This document shows, piece after piece, positions 21,867 to 33,749 of a DNA stretch of 64,000 nucleotides (the stretch's first letter is position 1; each line of letters opens with the position of its first letter). Source of the stretch: Emiliania huxleyi CCMP1516 (lineage: Eukaryota); contig NW_005201154.1 in assembly GCF_000372725.1 (NCBI RefSeq), positions 271,904 through 335,903 of the forward strand, in the 5' to 3' direction. A program made the position numbers and the translations under genes. The notes under the pieces are model-generated. The model had not been told where the DNA came from, made no database searches, and saw only the letters and a program-made list of their open reading frames with translations.

Positions 21867-24359
21867 GTGTCCTCTCGAGCGCTGGACTGGTGGACTAGAG
21901 CCCGTCTAGATACGTCTCGCCGCCTTCTAGATAATCCTTCTAGAGCGCCTCGCCCCTCCTCGGAGGCCGGCTGTGGCGAGATCTGGGGAGATCCGGGGAG
22001 ATCTGGGGAGATATGCCCCTCCTCGGAGGCCGACCCGCACAGCGAGCTGCCGCCTCCCCAGCCGCCCCCTCGCGCCCCTCGCGCCCCTCCTCCTCCCCGC
22101 CCCCCTCCTCCCCCTCCTCCTCCTCCTCCCCCTCCTCCGCCGCCGCCGCCGCCGCCGCCGCCGCAGCGCCGCGCGCGCTTCTCCGGGCCACGGAAGAGGG
22201 GGCGCCCGAGATTGCCCGAGATTGCCCGAGATTCGGCGAGGTTGGGGAGGGAGGAGCTGCGCGCAGCGAGAGGCGCACGGCCGCCCCTGCGCGGGGGAAG
22301 AGGTATGGGGGAGATTGGGGAGGCATGGGGAGGGACGGGGAGAGATGGGAGAGATATTGGGGGAGGGAGGTATGATCTGTGGGGGAGGTATGGGGGAGGT
22401 ATGATCTGGGGGAGGTCGCACGTGCGCACCTACGCGCGGGGGAGAGTGATCTGGGGAGAGTGATCTGGGGAGTGTGATCGGGGGAGAGTGATCTGGGGAG
22501 AGTGATCGGGGGAGTGTGCGCCCCCCCCCGGCGGCACGCTGAGAACCGCGGCTGCACCTTCGGGTGGATCTCGGCTGCACCTCGGCGCACCTCGGCTAGA
22601 CCTCGGCTGCATCTCGGCTAGATCTCGGCTGCATCTCGGCTAGATCTCGGCTAGACCCTCGCCGTCCCAGATCAGTGCGACCACAACCCGCGCCGTCTCG
22701 ACGCAACGCCCCGCCGCCGCGCCGCCGCCGCCCTCTGCGCGCGCCTCCCCCTCCTCCTCCGGCCGCCCCCTCGCACCGGCCCTCGCCTTGCGCCGCTGCA
22801 GCCGATGGAAGCGGTTGCGCACGGAGTGCTCCGACCGCCCGCGCAGCTGGCTCGCGACCGCCGCCCACCTGGCGAAGAAGGTATATGGTTCCGGGGAGAG
22901 ATGTGGGGGAGATATGGGTGGAGACATGGGGAGATATGGGTGGAGACATGGGGAGATATGGGTGGAGACATGGGGAGATATGGGTGGAGACATTGGGAGA
23001 TAGGGGGGGAGGAGCAGCCCACCTGGTGGAGAAGGGACTGTGTGAGGGGCAGCGACGGGCTACTACCTACTTCCATTCTACGATGGGCAGGAACAAGCGA
23101 TGCAGAGTGACTGAGAGGGCTGCACGCCCACCTGGTGAAGAAGGAAAGGGCGCACTGCACTCGACGGCAACTCACTCGGGGCTCGCAGACTCGCGACCGC
23201 CGCCCAGCCTGATCACTCGTCCCTCCGCCGGTCAACTCACCCGTCGGCTGCTGAGGCAGGGGAGCGCGCTCTGACTCGCGGCCGGCCGCCCGCCTGAGGA
23301 GGACGAGTGCATCACGATCAGATAGATGCGTTGCCTTGACCGCGTCTCGTCGAGGCTCACTCTCGCCGCCCGCCCGCACACACCTGCTCTCGCGGTCTCC
23401 TGCCGCCGCCGGGCCTGCGGCGCCGCTCGCGCGGGCGAGCTCCTGTTCACAGCTGGAGGTGTGAAGAGACGCTGCGCACAGCTCGCCTACTCCGAAGTCG
23501 GCGAGCTCCAGCAAAGCGGCATCCTCCTCCGCGGACCTTGGGCGTGGGGGACGAGGTCAGATCTGGGGACAGATCTGGGGACAGGTGGCTGACTAGGGGC
23601 CACCTTCCTGGTGGGCAGGGCTCCAGTGATGTGGTAGTGCTGCAGCGGTAGATGAGTGGAGAAGCAGTGCTGCAGCGGTAGATGAGTGTGAAGTGGTGCA
23701 GCGGCGGTAGATGAGTGTGAAGTGCTGCAGCAGCGGTAGATGAGTGGAGAAGTAGAACTTGAACAAATCTCCTCCGCGGACCAAAACGAAGCCTGGTGCC
23801 GCACGGGCGCCTCGGCATCCTCGCCGGCCGCCTCCTCGGTCTGATGAGCTGCTGCCGCCTTGGCCGCCTTGGCCGCCGCCTCGGCCGCCGCCGCGGTCTC
23901 GGCCTTCGCCGCCGCCGCCGCGTCCTCCGCACTTGCCGCCGTGTCCGCCGCCACCTCTTTTGCGGCTCGCGCCACATTCGCTGCCAGCGCCGCCGCCGCG
24001 TCGGCCGCCGCCGCCGAGGGCGCCGCGGCAGCGGCAGCTGCTGCCTTAGCGGCTGCTTTCGCACACTCGTCTGCAAAAGCTCGCTGGCAGAAGGTGCTAT
24101 CCGGCGGCTCGTACCGCCACGGAACCGTCGGGCAGAGGGCTCGCCCGAACGCTCCCGCACTCTCCGGCGCCGGCGCGAGGCTGCTCTCTCGGAACACGGC
24201 CTCCGATTCGCCACGGTGCTTGCGCCACGCCTCTGGAACGGATTTGGCGATATGCCCGTCCGGGCCGTGGAAAACATTGTACGCTCGAGTCAGGCCCTGT
24301 CGTTGCCGCAGCTCGAAGCTCCAACCCGGCGGAAGGCTCGACAGGGTGTGGGCGCTCAT
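21867..24359 (-). CDS. MBD-like + Myb/SANT domain protein (N-terminal part, multi-exon, 3' boundary uncertain)
   Basis: LPPGWSFELRQRQG...YNVFHGPDGHIAKSVPEA (MBD-like). Myb repeat split by introns: WSAEEDAALLELA...WAAVASQLRGRSEHSVRNRFHRL. Confidence 0.7.
23630..23752. repeat. Intronic minisatellite, ~28 bp unit x4
   Basis: Variants of gtgctgcagcggtagatgagtg..gaag. Confidence 0.85.
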
Positions 24360-25382
24360 TATCTCCTCTCTCTGACCGATGGCCTGCTTCTGACCGATGA
24401 ACGGCGGGTTTTCTTTTTTCGGGATGAACTGCTAGATTGAATTCAATTGTGCTGCTCTCAAATCTAGTCTGGTTCCAAACGGCTTCAGCAATCCCGAGAA
24501 ATTAAGACTTCCGGGAAGAACAAGCCTCTCTCACAGCACACTGGCACGACAAGGGCGCGGACTGGCGCGGACTGGCACACACACGGGAAGGACCATTAGA
24601 CGTCACCGCACACCCGTCGCCCCCGCCCCCGCCCGGGAGAAAGCGACAGTTTGGGACGGCGGCAAGGTATCTTGCACTCCAGCGCTCCATGTGCAAGAAC
24701 GCAGAGAAAGGACCGTGGGTGGTCCGGCGCACAAGTCCAACTCCCCCGTGCTGGACTGGCCCGGGGAAACGGCTTTATATGAAAAAGAAAACATCGGCGG
24801 GCACGTCGCACCGCATGGCGGCCGCGCTGCACCGCCCGCTGCTGGCGCGCGGCTGATCGCGGCGCCGACCCCGCGGCGGCGCCATCTCGCGCGGCGGGGC
24901 GCGGCGCTGCGTCGGCGCCAAAACGGAGGCGAGCTCGCGGCGCGGCCGCTGCGGCAAAACATCAACATCCTTCTCCTTCTCTTCTCGTCTCGTCTCGTCT
25001 TGTCGCGGGCGCGCACGTGCGCGAGGCGCGCCAAGGTCGCCGCGTTCGCTCCGCGAAGGCCGCGATTCGAACCCGGAGCCACCCGGCGCGGCGATAGCGC
25101 GCGGCGGCAAAAGGTGCGGGAAGCCCTCTTCTGAGGGAGTGCGGGGATAGGAGGAACGGGGTGCCCTTAGTCACAGCTTCCCCCGGGACATGTCCACGCT
25201 GGACGTCCCGGGACATGGCGATGGACGACCGGCCCTCGCGGGCCGGCGTGGGTGGGGCGGCGCGCGAGCCGCGCGCCTGCCCCGGGGGGGAGGACGCCTG
25301 CTGCGTCGCCTCCTTCCCTAAACCTGCCGACCAGTCCGCTTTTTGAGCAGGTGTGCCGCTGCGCGGCGCTCGCGCGGCGGCG

Positions 25383-25384
<2 letters not shown>

Positions 25385-25434
<50 letters not shown>
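25385..25434. repeat. (GT)n microsatellite
   Basis: Direct observation; others at about 904-937 and 29672-29689. Confidence 0.95.
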
Positions 25435-25439
<5 letters not shown>

Positions 25440-25885
25440 CTCCGAGATCGCCCGAGATAGCGCGGCGCGGCCCCGAGATCGCCCGAGATAGCGCGAGATC
25501 GCCCGAGATTGCGCGGCGCGGCCCGAGGCGAGGTGGATGGGTTGGGAGCGAGGGGGCAGAAGTGATCAGTGCGGTAGATCGGTCAGTCGGGGCGCGTGAG
25601 CCGGACTTGTGAGCCGGACGGCTTTCATTTCTCTCTGCGTTGTTGAGCCAGGACTCAACATACTCGTTCTGTTGCCGTCCCAAACTGTCAGGGGTGGGGC
25701 GCGCGCGGGGGCGGCGGGTGTGCGGGATGTCTCTTGCGTTTGTTTTCATAACATCGAAGGCTAAGCTCAAAAGAAAAACAGAACCGCCGCTTTTGGCGTC
25801 GGGTGTCCGTACGTCCCAGGTACGTCCCAGAGGGGTGCAGTTTCCCTCACGTGGGCTGCCTTACAGACCAACTGGTCCACACTTG

Positions 25886-28066
25886 ATGGGGAGGCCGGAC
25901 GAAATGGGCGCTGGCGGTGGCCCTCCCGCCTTGCACGACACGGGGGCTGGCGGCGTCCCTCCCGCCTCGCATGAAATGGGAGCTGGCGCCGAGGCAGTCT
26001 CCCGCAAGCGACAGCGCCCCTCGAAGCAGTGCTGGGGCCACGAGTTCTCCGGCAGCGCCTGCGAGCCGGTAGAGCCGCAGAGCGGTGCCTTTCGAGAGCA
26101 CTTCTGCGCCGCCTGCCGAAACCGCGGCCTCTCGATCCCTGCGGACCGCATCTGGGCGGCCGTCACTGCGGAGGCGGCCAGCCAGAAGAACCGGCAGAGT
26201 GGCGGAGCGTGGAATGTCTCGGACGGCGGCCTCTTCTCCTCCTCCGCCTGGCCGGCACACCGCATCGTCAACCAAACGATGGGATGCGACGGGCCGCCGC
26301 TCGTGATCCTGCGCGAGCGGACGCCGCAGTGCCTGCCCGGCCTCTCGCGGCTCCCGCTCCCCGCCGGCTGCCAATCGGTCCACTTCAAGGTGCGATAGAA
26401 GGAGTAGCAGCAACCTCAATCCAAAGATCTGACCCCTATCCACGCCCAAGGTGCGAGGCACGCTCATCCCGACCTCGCCGGCCATACCTTGGCCCGCCCT
26501 GCTCGCCGCAGCGGCCACGCACGACGGAGAGCAGGCATCTCACGAGCCCGCACTCCGACATGACGCTCGACCCTTCCAACCCTGTTCACTTGCGGCCCCT
26601 CCCAACGGCTGCTGCTCTGCCCGCGCACCCTTGCGGCCCCTCCCGCACAAGGCGCGGCCTTCGCGGCGGCTGCTCGCGTCGCATGTGCTGGGCGCGTCGG
26701 CGGCGCCCCTCGCACATGCGGCACGGCCCGCGGCCTGGACGGGGACAGGTGCAGGTACCGCCCGACCCCCCTCCCGCCCCCGCCCCCCCCTTTTTGCTTC
26801 GCAGCTGCTCGCGCCCCCTGGGCCCTTGGCCCGTGCCCTCGCCCCCCCCCCCCCTCTCCCCCCCCCGCCCCTCTCCCCGCCTGCCTCGACCCTCCTCCTC
26901 CTCCTCCGCTTCCTCGCGCAGCTCAGCTTCGCCCGCTCCCGCATCGGCCGGCCAGTCCTCTTCCTCGGCCGGCGGCGATGGCATGGCCGTGGTCGGAGAT
27001 CCTAGAAGCTGTCGGTGCCAGTGCGCGCCAGTCCCGTGCCCAGTCTGTCCCTAGATGCTGCAGATTGTCTTTGCATCCCGACTAGCGCACTCGAGAGGTC
27101 ACGCACACCGTACTCCGCCGTTATCCGCCGTATTCCGGCGTGTACGCTGTGCTCACAGCCCGTGTACTCACGCGGTGCTCCGAGCACACTCCGCGAGACC
27201 GCACTCCCGCCCTAACGTCGGTGTGCTCCGAGCACACTGCAGGACGGGGCCCTCCGACCTGCCCTCGTCGCACGACACGCAAGAGCTGCCGCTCGCGATC
27301 GTCCAGTTTGCGGAGGAGGTGGCGCCAGCCCATCCTAGCAGCCCTCCACCCCCGCCGCCACCGCCGCCGTCGCCCGTAGTTTCCTCCACTCTCCGCGGCA
27401 AGCCCCCCTCACCCCCCCGCCCTCCAGCTGCATATCACCCCCCAACTGCCACCCACCGGGCTCCTTGCCTGTCCGGGTGTGGAGATGCGAGAGGGTTACC
27501 CGGCCCTTGACCCACCACTCTCTGCGTGTGGAGAAGCTGACCTTCCCTTCCCTTCCCACCAGGCGCGCTCCAACATGCAGCAACGCTGGTCCAACCTGCT
27601 CCTCCGAGACGGCGGCGCCGCAGCCACGGCAGGCGGCGCCGATGCCGGCGGTACGCCCGCGGCGCAAGGGACGGACGCGCAGCTGCAGTCTGCCATGTGC
27701 TCCGCTTTAGAGCCGACGGTGCTGCCGGCTCCGGCCGCCATCCCCGCCGCCACCGCGGCCGCCCCAGCTACCAACCCGGCCGCCGCCCCCGCGGCCTCCC
27801 CGGCCCACTTCACGTCTGTCTACGACCAAGCCGCCTCCGCCATCGCCGCAACCTCGCGTGCGGAGGGCGGGAGGCTCACGGCCCGCGACGGCCCCGCGGC
27901 GGCGCGCGGCGGCCTCGTCCCGGAGGCGCTCGGGCCGGCGCTCGGCCCGCTCGTGGCGCGCGCTGCCCTCGCACTGGAGCGCGACGCCTCCGTGTCGCTG
28001 TCGCCGCTCGACGGGCTCTCGGCGGAGGAGTCAGCTCTCAGTCTGCAGCAGAGTCTCTGCGTTTGA
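25886..28066 (+). CDS. Hypothetical protein with a Cys-containing globular domain; downstream exons uncertain
   Basis: ORF 25640..26398 has CWG...C...FREHFCAACR...RIVNQTMGCDGPPLVI after a basic RKRQR motif. Probable splice HFK|VRGTLIP. Confidence 0.45.
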
Positions 28067-28164
28067 ACAGGCAGCGAGATGGGGGCAGCGGATGGGGGCA
28101 GCGAGCTTTTCTTTTTTGTCTTTTTCTTCTTTCTACCACGGAAGGGCTTCTTGTCTAGTAAGTA

Positions 28165-28277
28165 GTACTTTTAGCTTACTGGGAGAAAAGAGAGAGGGGG
28201 GTGTTCTCTAGGCCCCTAAGGGCCCTACGCGCGGCGTGAGAGCTCGGAAGCGAGCTTTGCACGGCGATCGAGGATGG
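28165..28277 (+). repeat. Dispersed repeat (copy of 8204-8320) overlapping the GTPase start codon
   Basis: Ends ...gcgagctttgcacggcgatcgaggATGG, where the ATG is 28274. Confidence 0.8.
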
Positions 28278-29641
28278 TAGTGCGTGACCTGCTAACATGC
28301 TCTGGACCAGCCGCCCTGCCTGAGCCCATACGCTCTGGCGACTGGCTCTGTGACGCTGCCGCCGCCCTCCTTGTTGGCGCGTGCGAGCTCGTCACGGAGG
28401 ATGCCGCGAAGCTCATCAAGGCGGCGCGCTGGGTCTGGGAGCACGCGGCCCAAAGCCGGCTGCTTCGCAACGGCCATCCGTGGCAGCTCTTACTTCTGCA
28501 CAGCATGCAGCGCGCCGCCGACCGCATCGAGGTGCTTGACGCTCGATCGGCGAAGAGCCACGAACATGACTGCCTCCTGCGACTCGTTCGTGGCGCAATG
28601 TCGGTGGCCGAGGTGGCGATTGAGCACTGCTGCTCGGCCGACGCGGTGGACTCAGAACCCGCCCGCGTTCTGAGCGAGCTTCGCAGCCGGGAGCGCGCGC
28701 TGGTGAACGAGAGGTTTGAGCTCATGGTCTACGGTGTGTATAACGCTGGCAAGAGCAGCCTGCTGAAGACGGGCTACCCGTCGCTGGAGCACATGCTGCC
28801 CATCTCCTCGAAGGAGTGCACTGCGCACCTTATCAAAATCGACGTCGGCGGCGGCACCAAGGGCGCAGACGTGCATTTCCACTGGAGCGCCGTCGCTGAA
28901 TCGGACTCGACGCTGCGCGACTTGCTCCCGGAGAAGGCACGCGACTTCCTCGACGAGAAGACCATCGCCTTCGCCAGGGAATACGTCGCCGCTGGCTGCA
29001 CGCTTTGGCCGGAAGGGAGCGAGCAGGAGTCGCCTCCGACGCTGCCACTTTCAGAGGAGGAGGTCAGCGCGTGGACTCGCGCAGATGGCGGCGGTCTCCC
29101 CGCCAAGAGCGTCAAACCCCTCGCCAGCGTTGTTGATCACATCTCGGTCAAGGTCGATGCCGGCGAGGATGACGACGGAGCGCTGCGTGTGCAGCGCCAG
29201 CCGTACAACATCATCGACGCTCCTGGGCTCGGGGCCGATGAGAGTCGACGAGACATTGCGGAGCGCCACCTGCGCAAGTGCGATGTGCCCATCGTCGTCG
29301 CCACCTTCGAGACACTCAGCCTCGCGGAGCTGCAGAAGGCGTTGCAGCGAATCAAAGATAGCGGCCACCAGCCAATAATCGTCATCACCAAGCTCGACGA
29401 GCAGATCCAGCGGCTCAGACGGGATCACCGTGGCCAGCACCTGCCTACCCTCGTGGAGACAAGCAAAGCAGAGGCGCGTGAGACGTTTATACAAGCTGGT
29501 TTCAACGGCGGGGACGTGCATTTCGTGTCGGCAGAATGGTACCAGCTCTCCCACGACGCAGGCGTCGACGAGATCCGTGCTGAGCTTGCGAGAGCGGGTC
29601 TGCCTCCCGACGCGGATGAGCGAAGAGTGGAGCGACCATGA
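28274..29641 (+). CDS. Dynamin-like (Dynamin_N / bacterial DLP / mitofusin-type) GTPase, possibly C-terminally truncated
   Basis: G1 GVYNAGKSSL, G2 LPISSKECTA, G3 IIDAPG, G4 ITKLD, then VHFVSA. Confidence 0.8.
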   Translation: MVVRDLLTCSGPAALPEPIRSGDWLCDAAAALLVGACELVTEDAAKLIKAARWVWEHAAQSRLLRNGHPWQLLLLHSMQRAADRIEVLDARSAKSHEHDCLLRLVRGAMSVAEVAIEHCCSADAVDSEPARVLSELRSRERALVNERFELMVYGVYNAGKSSLLKTGYPSLEHMLPISSKECTAHLIKIDVGGGTKGADVHFHWSAVAESDSTLRDLLPEKARDFLDEKTIAFAREYVAAGCTLWPEGSEQESPPTLPLSEEEVSAWTRADGGGLPAKSVKPLASVVDHISVKVDAGEDDDGALRVQRQPYNIIDAPGLGADESRRDIAERHLRKCDVPIVVATFETLSLAELQKALQRIKDSGHQPIIVITKLDEQIQRLRRDHRGQHLPTLVETSKAEARETFIQAGFNGGDVHFVSAEWYQLSHDAGVDEIRAELARAGLPPDADERRVERP

Positions 29642-29802
29642 TGTTGATGAGTAGAGCGGCAACTGTGAGAAGTGTGTGTGTGTGTGTGTTGGGGGGGGGG
29701 GGGGACTGGTGTGACTGCCAGCGGTGACCTCACTGACACTGCTCAAGACTGGTCTCGCGCGTGGCGCGTCCCGCTCGCGGTGGTGCCGAAGCAAGGCGCG
29801 GC

Positions 29803-30135
29803 AAATAAATAAATAAAAACGGACACCTCTCTACTGTGAGATGGGTAAAAAGGAACAGGCCCCCGCCCTTGCGATCTTTGTGCAGGGTTCTTTGTGGGTG
29901 TGGTCGGCGACTAGCCGGGGTCGTCCTCCCGATGGGGGACTAGCACTAGCCGTCTTCCACATGGTCCCTCGGGTCCCTGCTGCTCCTAATCTCTTCGTAC
30001 ATCCTCCTGCTGATCTCCGCAAAGTCCTGCTCCCTCCCTCGTCTCGCCCTGCGCGTCTGCTCCGCCTCACCGTCTTCTGCCCTGCGTCGTCTGGCGACGG
30101 GTCCTCCATAGTCGGTCGAGGTCGCCGCCCTCCTC
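29803..30135 (-). mobile_element. 5'-truncated LINE copy, 7 bp TSD
   Basis: (TTTA)n tail; nearly identical to 54858-55186; gcgcggc at 29796-29802 and 30136-30142. Confidence 0.85.
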
Positions 30136-30303
30136 GCGCGGCCGCAAGTGGCGGACGTTTATCGTTTTTTTATCACGCACACATTGTCGGGGACTTGTGT
30201 GTGCAACGGCCAACCCGTGAGATCTGGTGCTCTTATTATCTGGGTAGGTGGGTTTACCGGGACACCCGACGGACGGTCACAACGCTTCTCCAGCACAATG
30301 AAT

Positions 30304-31444
30304 TCACGAGCCGCCGCCCCCCCTTCCCACGTCCGCCCCCCGCACGGCCGCCGCGATCGCCTCGTCGAGCGCCTCCTCGGACGCGGGCGTCGCGAGCTTT
30401 GAGGCCAGCTTCGCATCGCCGCCGCGCACCACGTGCACGGCCACCTCGCCCCCGCGCGCAACCGCCGCCTCGCTCGCCGCCCGCACCGCACCGAGGTCGC
30501 AGTGCGGGTCCGCGTCGCCTACGGCTCCGCGGGAGCACGGCCTGACGCCCCTCGGTCCTTCAAGCAGGGCCGCGGGTGCGGGACGTCCGAGCTGCCGCAT
30601 ACGAGCAGGAGAGGGGGCGACTTGCCGCCCAGCGCGCGGATCGGAGCGTCGCGGACCTGCTACAACGCAGTTCGTGATCGAGGTGTGTGTTCCATTCCTA
30701 GTCACGAATCAATCGGGCGGGTTCGCGGACCTCGTATGCCCCGCCGCCCGCCGCCCGCCGCAGCAGCGGGTAGCCGAGCGCCACAACGCCGCAGATCGCC
30801 CGCCGAACGTGCGGAGGCAACACGTCTGCAGCAGCGTCTGCAGCGGCGTCTGCAGCGGCGTCTGCAGCGGCGTCTGCGGCGTCTGCAGCGGCGTCTGCAG
30901 CAGCGTCCGAGGGACAAGGCAGTTGCCGCGGCTCCGCGCCCGCGCGCCCCTCCCCGCCTGCGCCCGTCTCTCCTTCCGCCAGCAGCCCGGTCACCAAGTG
31001 AAGCGCCACCCGCGCCCCCAGCCCAGCTCCAACAAGCACAACGCGCTGGTGGCCTGCGGCGACGGCGGCGGCCGCCTCGGCGGCGTACGCCTCGACGAGG
31101 CGGGCAAAGTCGGTCGACGGCCGCGGGAAGTCGAAGGCGAGGACCGCGTCGCACCACGGTGCGAGCCGCTCCCGCCAGGCTCGCATCGACGCGTGAGAGG
31201 ACGAGCCGCCCGCGCCGTGCGCGAGGACGACTGCGGTCCCGACGGTCGCCTCGCGCGGCTGGTCGGTCTCCACCTCCTCGCGCTCAAAGGCGGAGCGGGT
31301 CGGCTGCTGCGCCTTGAGCGCGGCGACGCGCTTCCGGCTCTTGTCACGCGCCTTCTCCACGCGCATGCTCTTGCCGGCCCGCTTCTTTGCCTTCTTCGGG
31401 CCGCCGGTCCGGTTCTTATTGCCGCCGCGCCGGTCCTTGGACAT
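30304..31444 (-). CDS. Alpha/beta-hydrolase-fold protein (Tex30/KANSL3-like), multi-exon
   Basis: VVLAHGAGGSSSH, LAFDF, VVLVGAGLGARVA, GVVALGYPL, PLLLVCG..GDADPHC, VHVVRGGDAKL. Confidence 0.75.
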
Positions 31445-31653
31445 GACGCTGGGAGAGGCTGGAGGAGCCAGAGGCCGCTGCGAGGCTGGGGTGGTGTGGG
31501 CGCAAGTGGCGCGAGCAGCGGGAGCGAGCCAGCTGGCTCGCTGTGGTGGAGCGTGGAGCGTGGGGGGGCACGTAATTCTTTTTGTTAGCGCGCCAGTGTG
31601 GCGAACAGGCACGCGCGGTAACACAGAGGCTTGCACCCTTTTCGCCCTTCTCA

Positions 31654-33079
31654 TCACTGCCCCGGCGCCCACTCCTCGACCTTCTTGGGCACCAACTGGT
31701 TCGACAGGTCCTCCCCATGGCCTAGGCAGCCGTGGGCGCCCTGACCCCACGAAAGGACGGCGCCGCTGGCGGTGACGGCGAGGCTGTGCATGGCCTCAGC
31801 CGAGACAGCGACGACGCACTGACCAGCGAAGGCCTCGATCTTCTTGGGCAGCGGTTGCTCCTGCGCGTCGCCGTGGCCCAGCTTGCCATAGGCTCCATTG
31901 CCCCAGCTCAGGACGGTGCCGTCGGCGGTGAGGGCGAGGTTGTGGCCGGCTCCAGCAGACACAGCGATGACGCGCCGCCCAGCCAAGGCCTCGACCTTCT
32001 TCGGCAGCAGCTGGTTCTGCCCGTCGCCGTGGCCCAACCGGCCGTCGCCTCCCAAGCCCCAGCTCCAGACGGCGCCGTCGGCGGCGACGGCGAGGCTGTG
32101 GAATCCTCCAGCCAACACGGCGACGACGCGCTGCCCCCCCAACGCCTCGACCTTCTTCGGCAGCAGCTGGGACTGCCCGTCGCCGTGGCCCAGCCGGCCA
32201 AAGTATCCATCGCCCCAACTCCAGACGCTGCCGTCGGCGGCGAGGGCGAGGCTGTGGTACGCTCCAGCCGACACAGCGACGACACGCTGCCCGGCGAAGG
32301 CCTCAACCTTCTTTGGCAGCAGCTGGTCCTGCGCGTCGCCGTGGCCCAATCGGCCATCACCTCCATAGCCCCAGCTCCAGACGGCGCCGCTGCTGGTGAG
32401 GGCGAGGCTGTGGTGGAGTCCAGCCGACACAGCGACGACGCGCCGGCCCGCCAAGGCCTCCATCTTCTTCGGCTGCAGCTGGATCCCCCCGTCGCCGTGG
32501 CCCAACTGTCCCCCACCTCCACCGCCCCAGCTCCAGACGGCGCCGTCGGCGGTGATTGCGAGGTTGTGGCAGTCTCCAGCCGACACGCTCACGGCACGCT
32601 CGTCGCCCAGCGTAGAGGAGAGGCGGGTCGGTGTGTTGAGCCCCGTCACGCCCTCGCCGTGGCCGAGTAGCCCTGGGCTGAACCACGGCGCAGAGCCGCA
32701 CGACGAGAGCCGCCCCTCGCCGTCAATGAAGACGCTGTGCTGTCGGCCGCTGCCCTCGCCGGCAGGTTGGACTCGCGCAGCAGCGCAGAATAGCACAGCC
32801 ACCGCACGGCGCAGCTCTCGTCCTCTGGCTGCGCTGGCAGCTCGAAGCCGCGCTCTTGCGCCCACAAGCGGATGCCCTGCTCCGCGCGAGCGAGTGAAAG
32901 AGCAGCGAGACGGCCGCGGCGCGAGCGATGTCGACGGGGCTGTCGCAGCGAGAGAGGGCGCGCTCGAGGAGCTCCCTGGGGAGGTCGAGGAGGCGGGCGG
33001 GCGGCGGCGCGTCTGGCGAGGGAGCGGCGGCGGCGGCGGAGGCGAGGGTGCGCGAGCGGCGGCGCGGCGGGGTGGACAT
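31654..33079 (-). pseudogene. F-box + RCC1-repeat gene with two frameshifts
   Basis: Homology to the 37979 paralog is spread over all three frames (ORFs 32723..33118, 32646..33203, 31654..32865). About 7 HSLA..ADGAVWSWG...GQLGHGD repeats. Confidence 0.8.
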
Positions 33080-33110
33080 CGCGAAGAAAAGAATTTTCAA
33101 GCCTCTCTCG

Positions 33111-33146
33111 CACGACACTGGGCACGGGACTGGCGCGCACTGGCAC
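33111..33146 (+). repeat. Conserved ~35 bp dispersed motif
   Basis: cacgacactgggcacgggactggcgcgcactggcac. Copies at 33450-33478, reverse-complement at 19346-19365, 27015-27044 and 59934-59972, degenerate at about 24540-24578. Confidence 0.85.
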
Positions 33147-33749
33147 TAACACAGGTACACCACGGGAGCCGCCTAAACGACTCCTGCGAGGACGGCGAGG
33201 CACTTAGCTCCGTGCACTCGACCGCCCCCGCCACAGGCAAGCTCATTCACAATCTGCTCTGCGATTGCCGTGTGAAGAACGACTGAGATACGCTGCTTCT
33301 GCAGCCCCAGCCAGCGCTTGGTGGCCAAGTCACCTCATCGAGGTGCTGGGCCCGCGTCAGCTTGTTCTGCAGCACGTTCGCCGCCATCCAGAGGATCTCG
33401 CCAACCAACCCCCTTCCCGAACCCACCGAAAAACAATTCAGCAATTTCTCGCACGACGCTAGGCACGGGACTGGCGCGAGGAAAAGTAAATTACGCGCTA
33501 GGCTAGACATCGTATGGCGGATAAAAAACGCGTACGCGCGAGAAATGGGTATCAGGCGGTACGTCGCTGGCTTTGCGGGGCTGCAAATAGAAATTTATAA
33601 TAGACACCCGCTCGGTGCAGCCCCTGCCAAGAATCCAGCCCGGCAGCCCGAGGCGAGAGATATGCTGGCCGAGAGCCGAACGCCGATGTACAATCTCGCG
33701 CTCTCTCTGCGCGAGCGTGAGCTCTTCGGTGCAACCTTGATCAACCGGC

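Noticed and set aside
19917..22429. Long ORFs crossing the N run
   Set aside because: Artefacts of the assembly gap.
31732..32670. Long antisense ORFs opposite the RCC1, ankyrin, SulP and dioxygenase genes
   Set aside because: Expected shadow ORFs in GC-rich coding DNA.
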